Source: a virus
Length of the DNA stretch: 64,000 nucleotides
IMG/VR virus record: IMGVR_UViG_3300042454_000021
Coordinates: 32,001-96,000 of that record
Reading direction: 5' to 3' (one strand)
Shown: positions 1 through 9,736 of the stretch, one piece after another
Numbering within the stretch: the stretch's first letter is position 1
Layout of the letters: the number at the start of each line of letters is the position of its first letter
Translations under genes and position numbers: made by a program
Notes under the pieces: generated by a model
Databases searched by the model: none
The model's input: only the letters and a program-made list of their open reading frames with translations
What the model was told of the DNA's origin: nothing

Positions 1-1
1 A

Positions 2-2257
2 CAAGGAGCAGCAGGAGGAGATGGTTCTTCAGGTACTAGTGGTTCAAGTGGTACGTCTGCTACAGCAGGTACATCAGGATCAAGTGGTTCAAGTGCTAGC
101 TCAGGTACATCAGCTACAGCAGGAACAAATGGTACAGATGGTTCTAATGGAACATCTGGTACAGCTGGCACCAGTGGTACAGATGGATCAAATGGAACCT
201 CAGCAACATCAGGCACAGCAGGAACTTCTGCCACTGCAGGTACATCTGGGTCTAGTGGTACATCAGGAACAGCTGGAACAGATGGTTCGAGTGGTACAAG
301 CGCAGCAGATGGTACTATGGGTACATCAGGTACTTCTGGTAGAGATGCTACTGCTGGTACGTCAGGACGTGATGCAACGTCTGGTATTGATGGAACTAGT
401 GGTACATCAGCTTCAAGTGGAACTTCTGGTTCTAATGGAACTAATGGATCTTCAGCTAGTTCTGGAGAAAGTGGAACATCAGGAACAAATGGTTCAAGTG
501 GAACAACAGGAACTGATGGATCTAGTGGAACGAATGGTTCTTCTGGAACTGATGGGTCTTCAGGTACATCAGGTACGACAGGTACAGATGGATCTTCTGG
601 CACTAGTGCAACATCTGGAACTACAGGAACTTCAGGTACATCTGCTTCTTCAGGAACTTCAGGAACCTCAGGAACAAATGGAACGTCTGGAACTACAGGA
701 ACTGATGGTAGTTCTGGTACTTCAGCTAGTTCAGGTAGCTCAGGTACAACAGGAACTGATGGTTCAAGTGGCACAAGTGGACAAGATGCAACAGCAGGAA
801 CATCAGGTTCTTCAGGTACTTCAGGTACTGCAGGAACATCAGCCACAGCTGGAACATCTGGATCTAGTGGAGCATCAGGTATATCAGGTGGACAGTTATA
901 TTACTTAAATCTATCTGATACAACTATTAGCCCATTTGGATCTCCTACATATAAAGAATGGAGCCCAACCCCTTCAGGTGCTACTGAATCAACAGCAACA
1001 GTTACAGCTGGTAGTACTGCTACAGTTACTCTTGGAACCTTTGCTACAAATAGTGGAGTTCCTGGGATAACACAAATTCCTGGTGGTGTATGGGCATATT
1101 ATTTACATATAATGGCTAACCAAGCTTCAGCTAATGCTGAGGTGTATGTAGAGGTTTATAAATATACAATTGGTGCAGTATCAACATTATTGTTTACAAC
1201 AAACACAGCGTTCGTTAACTTTAATAATATTGTTCCTATACAAGTGTACACAGATGCATTCTATATAGGAGATGATGTAGTGGCTACAGATCGTTTATAT
1301 GCTATTGTTAAAATAGCTAATCTAGAAACATCATCTGTAGACTATACACTATATACAGAAGGAAGTGCTAACTATTCATATTCGCAAACTACATTCAATG
1401 CTCCTTCAGGAACATCTGGAACCTCTGGTGTAAATGCAACAGCAGGTACAAGTGGGCAAGATGCAACATCTGGTACTTCAGGAGTTAACGCAACTGCTGG
1501 TACAAGTGGTTCATCAGGTACATCAGGAGGAACAGGTGTTAATGGAACTAGTGGAACAACTGGTACTAGTGGATCAAGTGCTACTAGTGGAACTAGTGGT
1601 AGCAGCGCTTCTTCAGGAACGAGTGCATCTTCTGGAAGTTCTGGAACATCTGGTGCTACAGGAGCTAATGGTTCTTCAGGAACATCAGGAGCTAATGGCG
1701 CTTCAGGTGCTGTTGGATCTTCTGGAACTTCAGGATCTAGTGGTTTATCTAGAACAGCTGGTACATCAGGTGCCAATGGTGCTACAGGACCAACTGGACC
1801 TACTGGCCCAACAGGACCTTCAGGTACATCTAACGTGTACGCTACTGCAATGAACCAATACGTTAATACGAATAGTAACCCTACGTTTGGTACTATCTAT
1901 GCAACTGGTGAGGTGTATGCATATTATTCTGATGATCGTTTAAAGGATCGTGTTGGCGATATCAAGAACGCTACTGATAAGATTATGTCTCTAGATGCAT
2001 TCTATTATTTAGCTAATGAACTTGCTAAACAATTTGGATATAATGATAATAAGATTGAAGTAGGTTTATCTGCACAACAAATAAAAGCTGTAATGCCTGA
2101 GACTATAAACTTAGCTCCTTTTGATAGGAATCAAGATACAGGAGAATCTTTATCAGGTGAAAATTATATTACTGTTAATTACGCAAAATTAGTAACTTTG
2201 TTAGTAGCTGGTTTTAAAGAACAGCAAAAAGAAATTGAGGAATTAAAACGTAAATAG
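2..2257 (+). CDS. Tail/capsid fibre with Gly-X-Y (G-T-S/G-S-S) collagen-like repeats and a C-terminal intramolecular chaperone (peptidase S74-like); 5'-truncated by the window
   Basis: The frame of ORF 317..2257 stays open back to position 2. It has long GTS/GSS triplet repeats, a central globular insert, and a C-terminal YYSDDRLKD...GLSAQQI...VNYAKLVTLLVAGFKEQQKEIEELK typical of S74 chaperone domains. Confidence 0.85.
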   Translation, partial: QGAAGGDGSSGTSGSSGTSATAGTSGSSGSSASSGTSATAGTNGTDGSNGTSGTAGTSGTDGSNGTSATSGTAGTSATAGTSGSSGTSGTAGTDGSSGTSAADGTMGTSGTSGRDATAGTSGRDATSGIDGTSGTSASSGTSGSNGTNGSSASSGESGTSGTNGSSGTTGTDGSSGTNGSSGTDGSSGTSGTTGTDGSSGTSATSGTTGTSGTSASSGTSGTSGTNGTSGTTGTDGSSGTSASSGSSGTTGTDGSSGTSGQDATAGTSGSSGTSGTAGTSATAGTSGSSGASGISGGQLYYLNLSDTTISPFGSPTYKEWSPTPSGATESTATVTAGSTATVTLGTFATNSGVPGITQIPGGVWAYYLHIMANQASANAEVYVEVYKYTIGAVSTLLFTTNTAFVNFNNIVPIQVYTDAFYIGDDVVATDRLYAIVKIANLETSSVDYTLYTEGSANYSYSQTTFNAPSGTSGTSGVNATAGTSGQDATSGTSGVNATAGTSGSSGTSGGTGVNGTSGTTGTSGSSATSGTSGSSASSGTSASSGSSGTSGATGANGSSGTSGANGASGAVGSSGTSGSSGLSRTAGTSGANGATGPTGPTGPTGPSGTSNVYATAMNQYVNTNSNPTFGTIYATGEVYAYYSDDRLKDRVGDIKNATDKIMSLDAFYYLANELAKQFGYNDNKIEVGLSAQQIKAVMPETINLAPFDRNQDTGESLSGENYITVNYAKLVTLLVAGFKEQQKEIEELKRK

Positions 2258-2259
2258 TT

Positions 2260-3258
2260 ATGACAATACCAAGTTCAGGTACCTTATCTATAGGTATGAT
2301 ACGAAATGAGCTATCTGCAATCAATGGTAGTTATGCATTAGGATCATTAAGTGTAACTGCAGGAAAAGCTGCTCCACATGCTATGGGAGAATTCTATGGC
2401 TATCAATTTTTTTGGACAACCAATGTTGTCGCTATTGTTGCTGGTGGAGGTGGAGGTGGATTTTATGCTGGTGGTGGTGGAGGAGGTGGAGGAGTAATTA
2501 GAAATGTTAATGTAACTATGTATCGTAATGTTAACTATACATTTACTGTAGGTGGAGGTGGTGGAGGTGATAGTACTTATGGAGGCAATGGTGGTAATGG
2601 AGGTAACTCAAACGCATTAGGATATACAGCAACTGGTGGTGGTGGAGGTGGAAGTCGTATTTCAGGAACTCAAAGTAATCCAGATCCCACAAACGCAGGA
2701 CAACCTGGAGGTAGTGGTGGTGGGGGTGGAGGAGCTCCAGGCAATGCTTCAGGTGGTGGTACTGGGAATCAAGGATTTCCTGGTAGTACAGCAATTGAAC
2801 CATATGGAGGAGCAGGAGGAGGAGCAGGAGGAAATCCTATTGTTAATGCATGGGGTTGTCCTTTAAGAGGAGGAACATCAGTCTCTGTTCCTGGTAGATC
2901 ATATGCTGGAGGTGGTGGAGGTGGAACTTGGTTAAGTGAAGAACTTACTCCTGGAGTATTTCTTGAACAAGGTGGTGAAACTGGAGGTGGAAGAGGTGGT
3001 GGTGGTCAACCTGGTGTTAATCTTCAATTTGCTACTGCAGGATCAAACACAGAAGGTGGTGGTGGTGGAGGAGGTGGAAATTTCCTTTTTGGACCTGGTG
3101 GATCATATGGTTTTGGAGCTAGTGGAGGTTCAGGTCAAATTAGAATCAGATACCCACTTCCACAAAAGATGAATGCTGGAACTGGATGGAATGGTGGAGA
3201 TGGTTATTTCTATCATGAAGTAAATGGAACAACTAACTTTACAACTTACGCAGGATAA
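2260..3258 (+). CDS. Glycine-rich virion/fibre-associated protein
   Basis: N-terminal MTIPSSGTLSIGMIRNEL motif is common after S74 fibres; many GGGGG tracts and GGSGQIRIRY. Confidence 0.7.
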   Translation: MTIPSSGTLSIGMIRNELSAINGSYALGSLSVTAGKAAPHAMGEFYGYQFFWTTNVVAIVAGGGGGGFYAGGGGGGGGVIRNVNVTMYRNVNYTFTVGGGGGGDSTYGGNGGNGGNSNALGYTATGGGGGGSRISGTQSNPDPTNAGQPGGSGGGGGGAPGNASGGGTGNQGFPGSTAIEPYGGAGGGAGGNPIVNAWGCPLRGGTSVSVPGRSYAGGGGGGTWLSEELTPGVFLEQGGETGGGRGGGGQPGVNLQFATAGSNTEGGGGGGGGNFLFGPGGSYGFGASGGSGQIRIRYPLPQKMNAGTGWNGGDGYFYHEVNGTTNFTTYAG

Positions 3259-3262
3259 CATT

Positions 3263-3748
3263 ATGGCACATTTTGCAGAAATTGACGAAGAAACATACAA
3301 GGTTTTAAATGTAATAGTTGTACCAGATGAACAAGAACATAGGGGACAAGAATATTTAGCTGAAGATTGTAGGTTAGGTGGTATGTGGGTTCAAACATCA
3401 TATAATACAAGGTGTGGAGTTCATTATAAACCTAACTCATTTGAGCCTAGTGGTAAACCAGCATTTAGAAAAAACTATGCTAAGATAGGAGGATACTATG
3501 ATCCAATAGCTGATGGATTTTATTCAGAAAAGCCTGTAGACAATCCATCATTTATATTGGATCCTGATACATTTATTTGGGTACCTCCTGTTCCCTTTCC
3601 AAAAAAATTACCTGAAGGTTTAGATCAATTTAGTAATTATGCTTATATTTGGGACGAATCTCAACTACAGTGGTTTTTAGTAAAATCAGAATCATTTGGA
3701 TTTGAAAATGAGTATCTTAAAAATAAATTTGAAAAATCAAATATATAA
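3263..3748 (+). CDS. Conserved phage protein (MAHFAEID family, tail-fibre associated)
   Basis: Likely start ATG at 3263; WVQTSYN and FRKNYAKIG-YDP motifs recur next to Gly-rich fibres. Confidence 0.65.
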   Translation: MAHFAEIDEETYKVLNVIVVPDEQEHRGQEYLAEDCRLGGMWVQTSYNTRCGVHYKPNSFEPSGKPAFRKNYAKIGGYYDPIADGFYSEKPVDNPSFILDPDTFIWVPPVPFPKKLPEGLDQFSNYAYIWDESQLQWFLVKSESFGFENEYLKNKFEKSNI

Positions 3749-3775
3749 GATAAATTAAACCAACAAACTAAATAT

Positions 3776-5401
3776 ATGGAAAATGAAGAACAAATTGGAC
3801 CTATGGGTCCATTAGATTCTTTACATGAACAAAGTAAAGAAACAACATTTAACTTTGTAATTGTAGGAGGAGGTACAGCAGGATGGATGACTGCATTGTT
3901 CTTAAAAAAATATTATCCTTGGACAAATGTTACAGTATTAGCTAGTGCTGAAATTGGCATTTTAGGAGCTGGAGAAGGAACGACTCCTCACTTTATCAGT
4001 TTTATGGATCACATAGGTATCCCTGCTTCTGATATTGTAAAGCATGCAAAAGGAACGATTAAGAGTGGTATTAAATTTACTAATTGGAATGGAGATGATT
4101 CCTCATACTTTCATCCATTTTTTGAAAATTTAAATATAAATGTATTTAGAACAAACGATGCAACTAATTCTAATGGTGGAGGTCCCTCTACTTTAGTTTT
4201 AGAAAATATTTCTAAAGGTGAATCATTAGATGATATTTTATTTAGTGCTAATTCATCAAAAAGAAATCTAGTTAACTTTTCTCCATCTATAAATATAGGC
4301 AATAAGGATAAAAATCCAATCAGCCATTTTGATTCATTATCTACTTTTGGTATGCACTTTGATGCTAGGCTATTAGCCAAACATCTAAAGAAGACTGCTA
4401 TGTATGCTGGAGTTAAATATGTTGAGTCTGAACTTGATGAAGTTATAACTAACGAAGAAGATGGATCGATAAAACAAATTAAAACAAAACGTGGTGATAC
4501 ATTGCCTTCTAATTTTGTATTTGATTGTAGTGGATTTAATAGACTGATTATTGGTAAGCATTTTAATAGTGAATGGGAATCCTATTCAGATAGTTTACCA
4601 ATGAAGCGAGCTCTTCCATTTGTTATTCCTAATGAAACTAGTGATGTACCTCCATACACTGAATCAATAGCATTGAAATATGGTTGGATGTGGAGGATAC
4701 CTGTCGATGGTCGTTTTGGTTGTGGGTATGTTTTTGATTCTGATTTTATTTCAGATGAACAAGCAATGGATGAGATCAAAGAACAGTTTGGAAATGATAT
4801 AGAGTTTGGAAAACCATTTACATATGAAGCTGGACGATATAAAGAAACATGGATTAAGAACTGTATAGCTATTGGATTATCATCTGGATTCATTGAACCA
4901 TTAGAAGCTACATCTATATGGACTATTATTACAGCATTGAATGAATACCTTGTTAATAATTTAGGAGCTATAGCTAAAAATAAGTTCTATATTGATAGAT
5001 TTAACAATCAGATTAATAAGTTTCATGATGATACTAAAGATTTTATTTATCTACATTATTTAACAAAACGAGAAGACTCTGAGTTTTGGAAAACATTTAA
5101 AGAGAAAAATAAAATCACTGATAATATTAAAAAATATTTAGAGGAGTGCAAAGAAACTATACCTAACTCTAAGTTCTTGTCAACAATAAACAGTGCATAC
5201 GATATAACTAGTTTTCATGTAATAACAAATGGACTAGGTTTATTCAATCGTCAAAAAGCATTTGAACTTTTAGAAGCTAGTAGAAGTGATATTCGTAGAG
5301 AAGAATTCTTTACAAATACCATTAGCTTTAAAAGAAACGTGTTGTTAAATCTAACAACATTGCAAGATCATAATGAATTCTTACAATATCTAAAGATGTA
5401 A
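3776..5401 (+). CDS. Flavin-dependent (tryptophan-halogenase family) halogenase
   Basis: GGGTAG FAD motif, GAGEGT, catalytic Lys in GTIKSGIKF, WMWRIP (WxWxIP), FIEPLEATS. Confidence 0.9.
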   Translation: MENEEQIGPMGPLDSLHEQSKETTFNFVIVGGGTAGWMTALFLKKYYPWTNVTVLASAEIGILGAGEGTTPHFISFMDHIGIPASDIVKHAKGTIKSGIKFTNWNGDDSSYFHPFFENLNINVFRTNDATNSNGGGPSTLVLENISKGESLDDILFSANSSKRNLVNFSPSINIGNKDKNPISHFDSLSTFGMHFDARLLAKHLKKTAMYAGVKYVESELDEVITNEEDGSIKQIKTKRGDTLPSNFVFDCSGFNRLIIGKHFNSEWESYSDSLPMKRALPFVIPNETSDVPPYTESIALKYGWMWRIPVDGRFGCGYVFDSDFISDEQAMDEIKEQFGNDIEFGKPFTYEAGRYKETWIKNCIAIGLSSGFIEPLEATSIWTIITALNEYLVNNLGAIAKNKFYIDRFNNQINKFHDDTKDFIYLHYLTKREDSEFWKTFKEKNKITDNIKKYLEECKETIPNSKFLSTINSAYDITSFHVITNGLGLFNRQKAFELLEASRSDIRREEFFTNTISFKRNVLLNLTTLQDHNEFLQYLKM

Positions 5402-5404
5402 CTT

Positions 5405-5947
5405 ATGCTTGATAAAGTATATTTTGGAGGCACTTATGCATATAAGAATTTTATCAATGATGATGAGCGTTTAGAACTAGAGGAATGGATATTATCTAAA
5501 AAAGAATTAATGACTTTCTCTAGACCTATAAATTCTGAAGAAGATCAATATACCCCTGGATTAAAACGTCATTTCAAAGTGTTACATCCTGATGACGAGA
5601 AACCAGAAATATTTCATAGGGTAAGAAATAAATTATTAGATTTAGAAAACATAACAAACCCTCTTCCTGCACCTGGTAATCTTGATTGGATTGGTATTGT
5701 AGGAGAAGGCGCATACGTTGAGCCTCACTGCGACGCTAACTTTCCTAATTATTATACTGTCAGATATAATTTATTAGTATCTTTTCCAGATGCTGGTGGT
5801 AGACCTATATATGGTGATGAGATTCTTCCAGTAGAAGAAAAGATGTTATGGAGATGTGATGCTGGAATAGTTAAACATTCTTCAGAAATAGTTAAAGGTG
5901 ATAAGTTAAGGATTAATTTATCATATGGTTTTTCATTTGAATTTTAA
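5405..5947 (+). CDS. 2OG-Fe(II) oxygenase
   Basis: PHCD...KHSS...RINLS: HxD/H facial triad and 2OG-binding Arg. Confidence 0.75.
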   Translation: MLDKVYFGGTYAYKNFINDDERLELEEWILSKKELMTFSRPINSEEDQYTPGLKRHFKVLHPDDEKPEIFHRVRNKLLDLENITNPLPAPGNLDWIGIVGEGAYVEPHCDANFPNYYTVRYNLLVSFPDAGGRPIYGDEILPVEEKMLWRCDAGIVKHSSEIVKGDKLRINLSYGFSFEF

Positions 5948-5955
5948 TAAACATA

Positions 5956-6543
5956 ATGGAATTAAAATTAGTATTTCCTGTACACAGTCAAAGTAATCCT
6001 TTAGGATTTTATGTATATAATGATTGTTTTACAGAAGAAGAATTAGGATGGATAGGTAACCTACAAAAATTATATGACGTACAGAAAGCATCAACTGGTT
6101 TTGGTGAGGATGAGGATGATATAAGGAAGTCAGATGTGAAATGGTTACATCATGATGATAAGACATATTGGTTATATAATCGTTTATCAAACGTTGCTAT
6201 GTTAGCTAATAAAGAAACATGGCAATTTGACATCCCTTCAATTTTAGATTCTATTCAATATACACAGTATTATGATGATGGGGGACATTACGATTGGCAT
6301 ATGGACAATGGTCCTTATCCTATGAATACAAGAAAGATTAGTATTACTGTTCAACTATCTGATCCTAACGATTATGAAGGTGGAGTGTTAGAATTAAATG
6401 TAGGGAATACAATAGTTCAAATGCCTAAAGAGAAAGGATGCGCTGTATTATTCCCTAGTTATATGTTACATAGAGTTACACCAGTAACAAAAGGGGTACG
6501 TAAAAGTCTTGTTCTTTGGGTGGGTGGTACAACTTTTAAATAA
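5956..6543 (+). CDS. 2OG-Fe(II) oxygenase (prolyl-hydroxylase/PKHD-like)
   Basis: YDWHMD, RKISITVQLS, YEGG, FPSYMLHRVTPVTKGVRKSLV. Confidence 0.9.
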   Translation: MELKLVFPVHSQSNPLGFYVYNDCFTEEELGWIGNLQKLYDVQKASTGFGEDEDDIRKSDVKWLHHDDKTYWLYNRLSNVAMLANKETWQFDIPSILDSIQYTQYYDDGGHYDWHMDNGPYPMNTRKISITVQLSDPNDYEGGVLELNVGNTIVQMPKEKGCAVLFPSYMLHRVTPVTKGVRKSLVLWVGGTTFK

Positions 6544-6544
6544 T

Positions 6545-7132
6545 ATGGATTTTATATATAGAAAAAATAACTTCTTATCATCAGACATGTGTAATGATTT
6601 TATTACTATGTTTGAATCTTCTCCATTACGTAAGAGAGGATGTATTGCTACAAAAAATAAGATTGCTATTGAGGTTGATTATATAAAACAATCTACAGAC
6701 ATTACCTTTTGGCCTGACTTTTTAGATAACGAAGAGAATAAAAAAGAGTGGGGAGAACTAATATCTAAGTTTCAACGTAAGCTACAATTTGAAATTGATA
6801 ACTATGTTGAGAAATATGAGACTTTAGAAAACATGGATAGGTTTGTTTTAGAAGGTTATAATATGCAAAAATATGAACCTACTGAAGGCTTTCATCAATG
6901 GCATTGTGAAAGAGGAAATCCTAGTACAGCACAAAGGATGTTAGTCTTCATGGTGTATTTAAATGATCTTGATGATGGTGGAACTGAATTTAAATATCAA
7001 GAGCACACTGAGAAAGCAGAGGAAGGTAAATTATTAATATGGCCTACAGATTGGACTCACACACATCGTGGACAAATAAGTAAAACAGAAACTAAATATA
7101 TTTTAACAGGTTGGTATTCTTTTAAACCATAA
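6545..7132 (+). CDS. 2OG-Fe(II) oxygenase (HxE type)
   Basis: Start ATG 6545; WHCE, YLND..GGTEF, WTHTHRG, KYILTGW. Confidence 0.88.
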   Translation: MDFIYRKNNFLSSDMCNDFITMFESSPLRKRGCIATKNKIAIEVDYIKQSTDITFWPDFLDNEENKKEWGELISKFQRKLQFEIDNYVEKYETLENMDRFVLEGYNMQKYEPTEGFHQWHCERGNPSTAQRMLVFMVYLNDLDDGGTEFKYQEHTEKAEEGKLLIWPTDWTHTHRGQISKTETKYILTGWYSFKP

Positions 7133-7133
7133 T

Positions 7134-7751
7134 ATGAAAGTTACAAGTAGCTTTAATAACTATTTAGTTATAGATGATTTTCTAAAAGAGGATGAATTAA
7201 AAAACGTTTGGTTAGAATTAGACTTCTTAACTAATAAATCTATAATGCTACCTCCTGAGAAATCTAGTAGTGCTAGGGATACATTAACTAACGTAATATT
7301 AAAAAAGAATAATGTTATATTTCTAGATGATGTATATCAAAACAGAGAGACATCACATATATTTAATGTATTTCAAAAATTACGTGGGGAAGAATTAACT
7401 GATATCATAGAAGATCTACCTCATGAATTTAAATATTTTAAATACATAGGACATGATCGTACATTTATTAGTTACTATGAGGATAGTGATTACTATAAAC
7501 CTCATGTTGATCAAGCAGTTTTAACATGTTTATATTGGTGTAATAAATCTCCAAAATCATTTGAAGGAGGTAATTTAACAATAGGTGATGAACAAACACA
7601 AATTGAATATAAGAATAACAGATTAGTTATATTCCCATCTTATAATATACATTCAGTAGATGTTATAAAGATGGCAGAAGATAACATACCATTTTCAGGA
7701 TGGGGAAGATATACAATAACTAAATTTTTATTTGTTAACCCTAAACCTTAA
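7134..7751 (+). CDS. 2OG-Fe(II) oxygenase
   Basis: YKPHVD, FEGGNL, IFPS..IHSV, GRYTIT. Confidence 0.88.
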   Translation: MKVTSSFNNYLVIDDFLKEDELKNVWLELDFLTNKSIMLPPEKSSSARDTLTNVILKKNNVIFLDDVYQNRETSHIFNVFQKLRGEELTDIIEDLPHEFKYFKYIGHDRTFISYYEDSDYYKPHVDQAVLTCLYWCNKSPKSFEGGNLTIGDEQTQIEYKNNRLVIFPSYNIHSVDVIKMAEDNIPFSGWGRYTITKFLFVNPKP

Positions 7752-8090
7752 ATGATGATCTATCCTATAGTATTTATAATTTACTTATTAGTTTTATATT
7801 ACTTAATAGGTAATGTAAAGATTATAGATAGATACAAGATGTATCTTTCAAAAGAATATTGGACAGACTACAATAGTATTGAGGCAGCTGCATGGTTGGC
7901 TAAAGCTGTCATCATTATCCCTGGACTTATATTTGGTGTAGAGATATGGTGGTTACACTTCTTGACATTAGCTACATCATCAGCTTTGATATGGGCTAGT
8001 ATGAGAAAGAGCCTACCTACATTGATTGCTTTTAACACTATCTGGATATGTATATCTTTAACAATTATAACTAGACACTTACTACTGTAA
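7752..8090 (+). CDS. Small multi-pass membrane protein
   Basis: About four hydrophobic segments; tightly coupled to both neighbours. Confidence 0.65.
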   Translation: MMIYPIVFIIYLLVLYYLIGNVKIIDRYKMYLSKEYWTDYNSIEAAAWLAKAVIIIPGLIFGVEIWWLHFLTLATSSALIWASMRKSLPTLIAFNTIWICISLTIITRHLLL

Positions 8091-8683
8091 TGCTAATTAG
8101 ACCAACATTTGAAGCCAACCCAGAGTTTCGTCAGATAACTCCATATCATATCGCTAATGCCTTTACACAAGAGGAGTTAGAGTGGATAGGTAATTTACAA
8201 CAACTATACCCTTATCAAGATGCTAGTATAGGTGGAGATGAAACATCCCAACTAGATGAGTCTATTAGAAAGTCTAGAATAAAATGGATACATCATGATG
8301 ATAAATCATGGTGGGTGTATGATAAGTTAGTTAAACACATAGAAGAGGCAAACAAAACATGGGGCTTTGCAATCAATTCTATCATTGATTCTATTCAATA
8401 TACAGAATACTATGAAGGTGGTGGTCACTATGACTGGCACATGGACGTAGGAAATCATCCAATGAACAATAGAAAGATTAGTGTAACAATACAACTATCT
8501 TCTCCTGATGATTATGAAGGAGGCGATCTTGAGTTTTGGGTGGGAAGAACTCCAGATAAAGCACCTAGAGAACATTTGTTAGCAATCCTATTCCCTAGTT
8601 ATCTAATGCACAGAGTGACACCAATAACTAAGGGAGTAAGAAAGTCTTTAGTTGTTTGGGTAGGAGGGGATACATTTAGATAG
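8090..8683 (+). CDS. 2OG-Fe(II) oxygenase, paralog of 5956..6543
   Basis: YDWHMD, RKISVTIQLS, HRVTPITKGVRKSLV; shares FT.EEL.WIGNLQ.LY with 5956. Confidence 0.9.
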   Translation: MLIRPTFEANPEFRQITPYHIANAFTQEELEWIGNLQQLYPYQDASIGGDETSQLDESIRKSRIKWIHHDDKSWWVYDKLVKHIEEANKTWGFAINSIIDSIQYTEYYEGGGHYDWHMDVGNHPMNNRKISVTIQLSSPDDYEGGDLEFWVGRTPDKAPREHLLAILFPSYLMHRVTPITKGVRKSLVVWVGGDTFR

Positions 8684-9736
8684 TACATCCTCTACAGAGA
8701 TTGTCTTATGACACTCATGTTGTCTAGGAGTATCTTCATGTTCAGGACACCAGTTCCAATCTCCCTTATTAAATCTAAACTTAGGATTGTTCCAACATCC
8801 ATTACATACGCTTCTGTTCTCTATACGTATACAATCAAACTCATGATTAGCTTCAGTGAAGTTTGCTATCATTGCTACCTTCACTTCCATAGCCCAAGCT
8901 AACCAGCTAAGCCCACTACTAAGTCCTATGTACACCTCACAGCTAGCAAGGATATCCATAATGTTTTCTAATGATTGATCTTGTGGTCTATGTACATTCT
9001 TTAAATCACAATCATCTTTAGAGAGTTCGTATACATCGTAGCCTAAAGTTATAAGTGTGTCTATAAGTTCTTGCCATTTGTCCCAAAGTTTTAGTTGTGC
9101 TGTAGACTTTACACTAATACATATATGTTTCTTGTCAGACTTAAAAGCCTTAGGTTTATAAGCTAACCTTGGTCTCATCTCTTTATATGAAAGATTCAAG
9201 ATATCTGTAGCTGATTGTTGTAATGGTATCGTGACAGGATTGTTAGGCTCCTTGTCTTTATCCCAGAACCATCCCAGCTGTGGCATAGCTATAATATTCT
9301 CAACTGTAGATCCTGGTTCAATAAACTCTAGTTCAGGATATGCATCTTTAAACAAAAAGTTTTTGAATGTTGACACAATAACTTTGCACTGGTAACGTTG
9401 TTGAAATTCTAATACGTAAGGCATCCATGCTATGGTGTCACCTAATGCTGCGCTATCAAAGCTAATGAATACACGTTTCCCTTTAAGATGATGTAAGAAA
9501 CTGATACGTTGTTTTAATACACCTTTATCATTTCTAATCTCTACAAAGAAGTTACCAATGTAACGTTTACTGCACTTCATCCACATGCCTTTCTTCAGGA
9601 CATCTTTATAGATTTCTGTACGTACGCCATTACGTTCTTCAACAAACGCACACTGATACTCTTTATCATCATAGCTATCTACTAATTCAAAGTAGAGACC
9701 ATCAATATTATATAGTTTAAAATCCATAATAGGCAT
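8648..9736 (-). CDS. Autotransporter O-heptosyltransferase-like (TibC/Aah family, GT9 fold) protein glycosyltransferase
   Basis: ALGDTIAWMPY, IGLSSGLSWLAWA, and the four-Cys iron-finger CNGCWN...WCP...HECHKTI. Confidence 0.85.
   Translation of the reverse strand: MPIMDFKLYNIDGLYFELVDSYDDKEYQCAFVEERNGVRTEIYKDVLKKGMWMKCSKRYIGNFFVEIRNDKGVLKQRISFLHHLKGKRVFISFDSAALGDTIAWMPYVLEFQQRYQCKVIVSTFKNFLFKDAYPELEFIEPGSTVENIIAMPQLGWFWDKDKEPNNPVTIPLQQSATDILNLSYKEMRPRLAYKPKAFKSDKKHICISVKSTAQLKLWDKWQELIDTLITLGYDVYELSKDDCDLKNVHRPQDQSLENIMDILASCEVYIGLSSGLSWLAWAMEVKVAMIANFTEANHEFDCIRIENRSVCNGCWNNPKFRFNKGDWNWCPEHEDTPRQHECHKTISVEDVLSKCIPSYPNN

Noticed and set aside
1-900. Possible CRISPR array or DNA tandem repeat
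   Set aside because: The repetition is at codon level with synonymous variation; there is no constant repeat with unique spacers and no cas genes.
21-1853. Alternative-frame and antisense ORFs 21..908, 1372..1776 and 1434..1853
   Set aside because: Shadows of the stop-poor Gly-Ser-Thr triplet repeat; their V/Q/L- or P/V-rich translations are frame artefacts.
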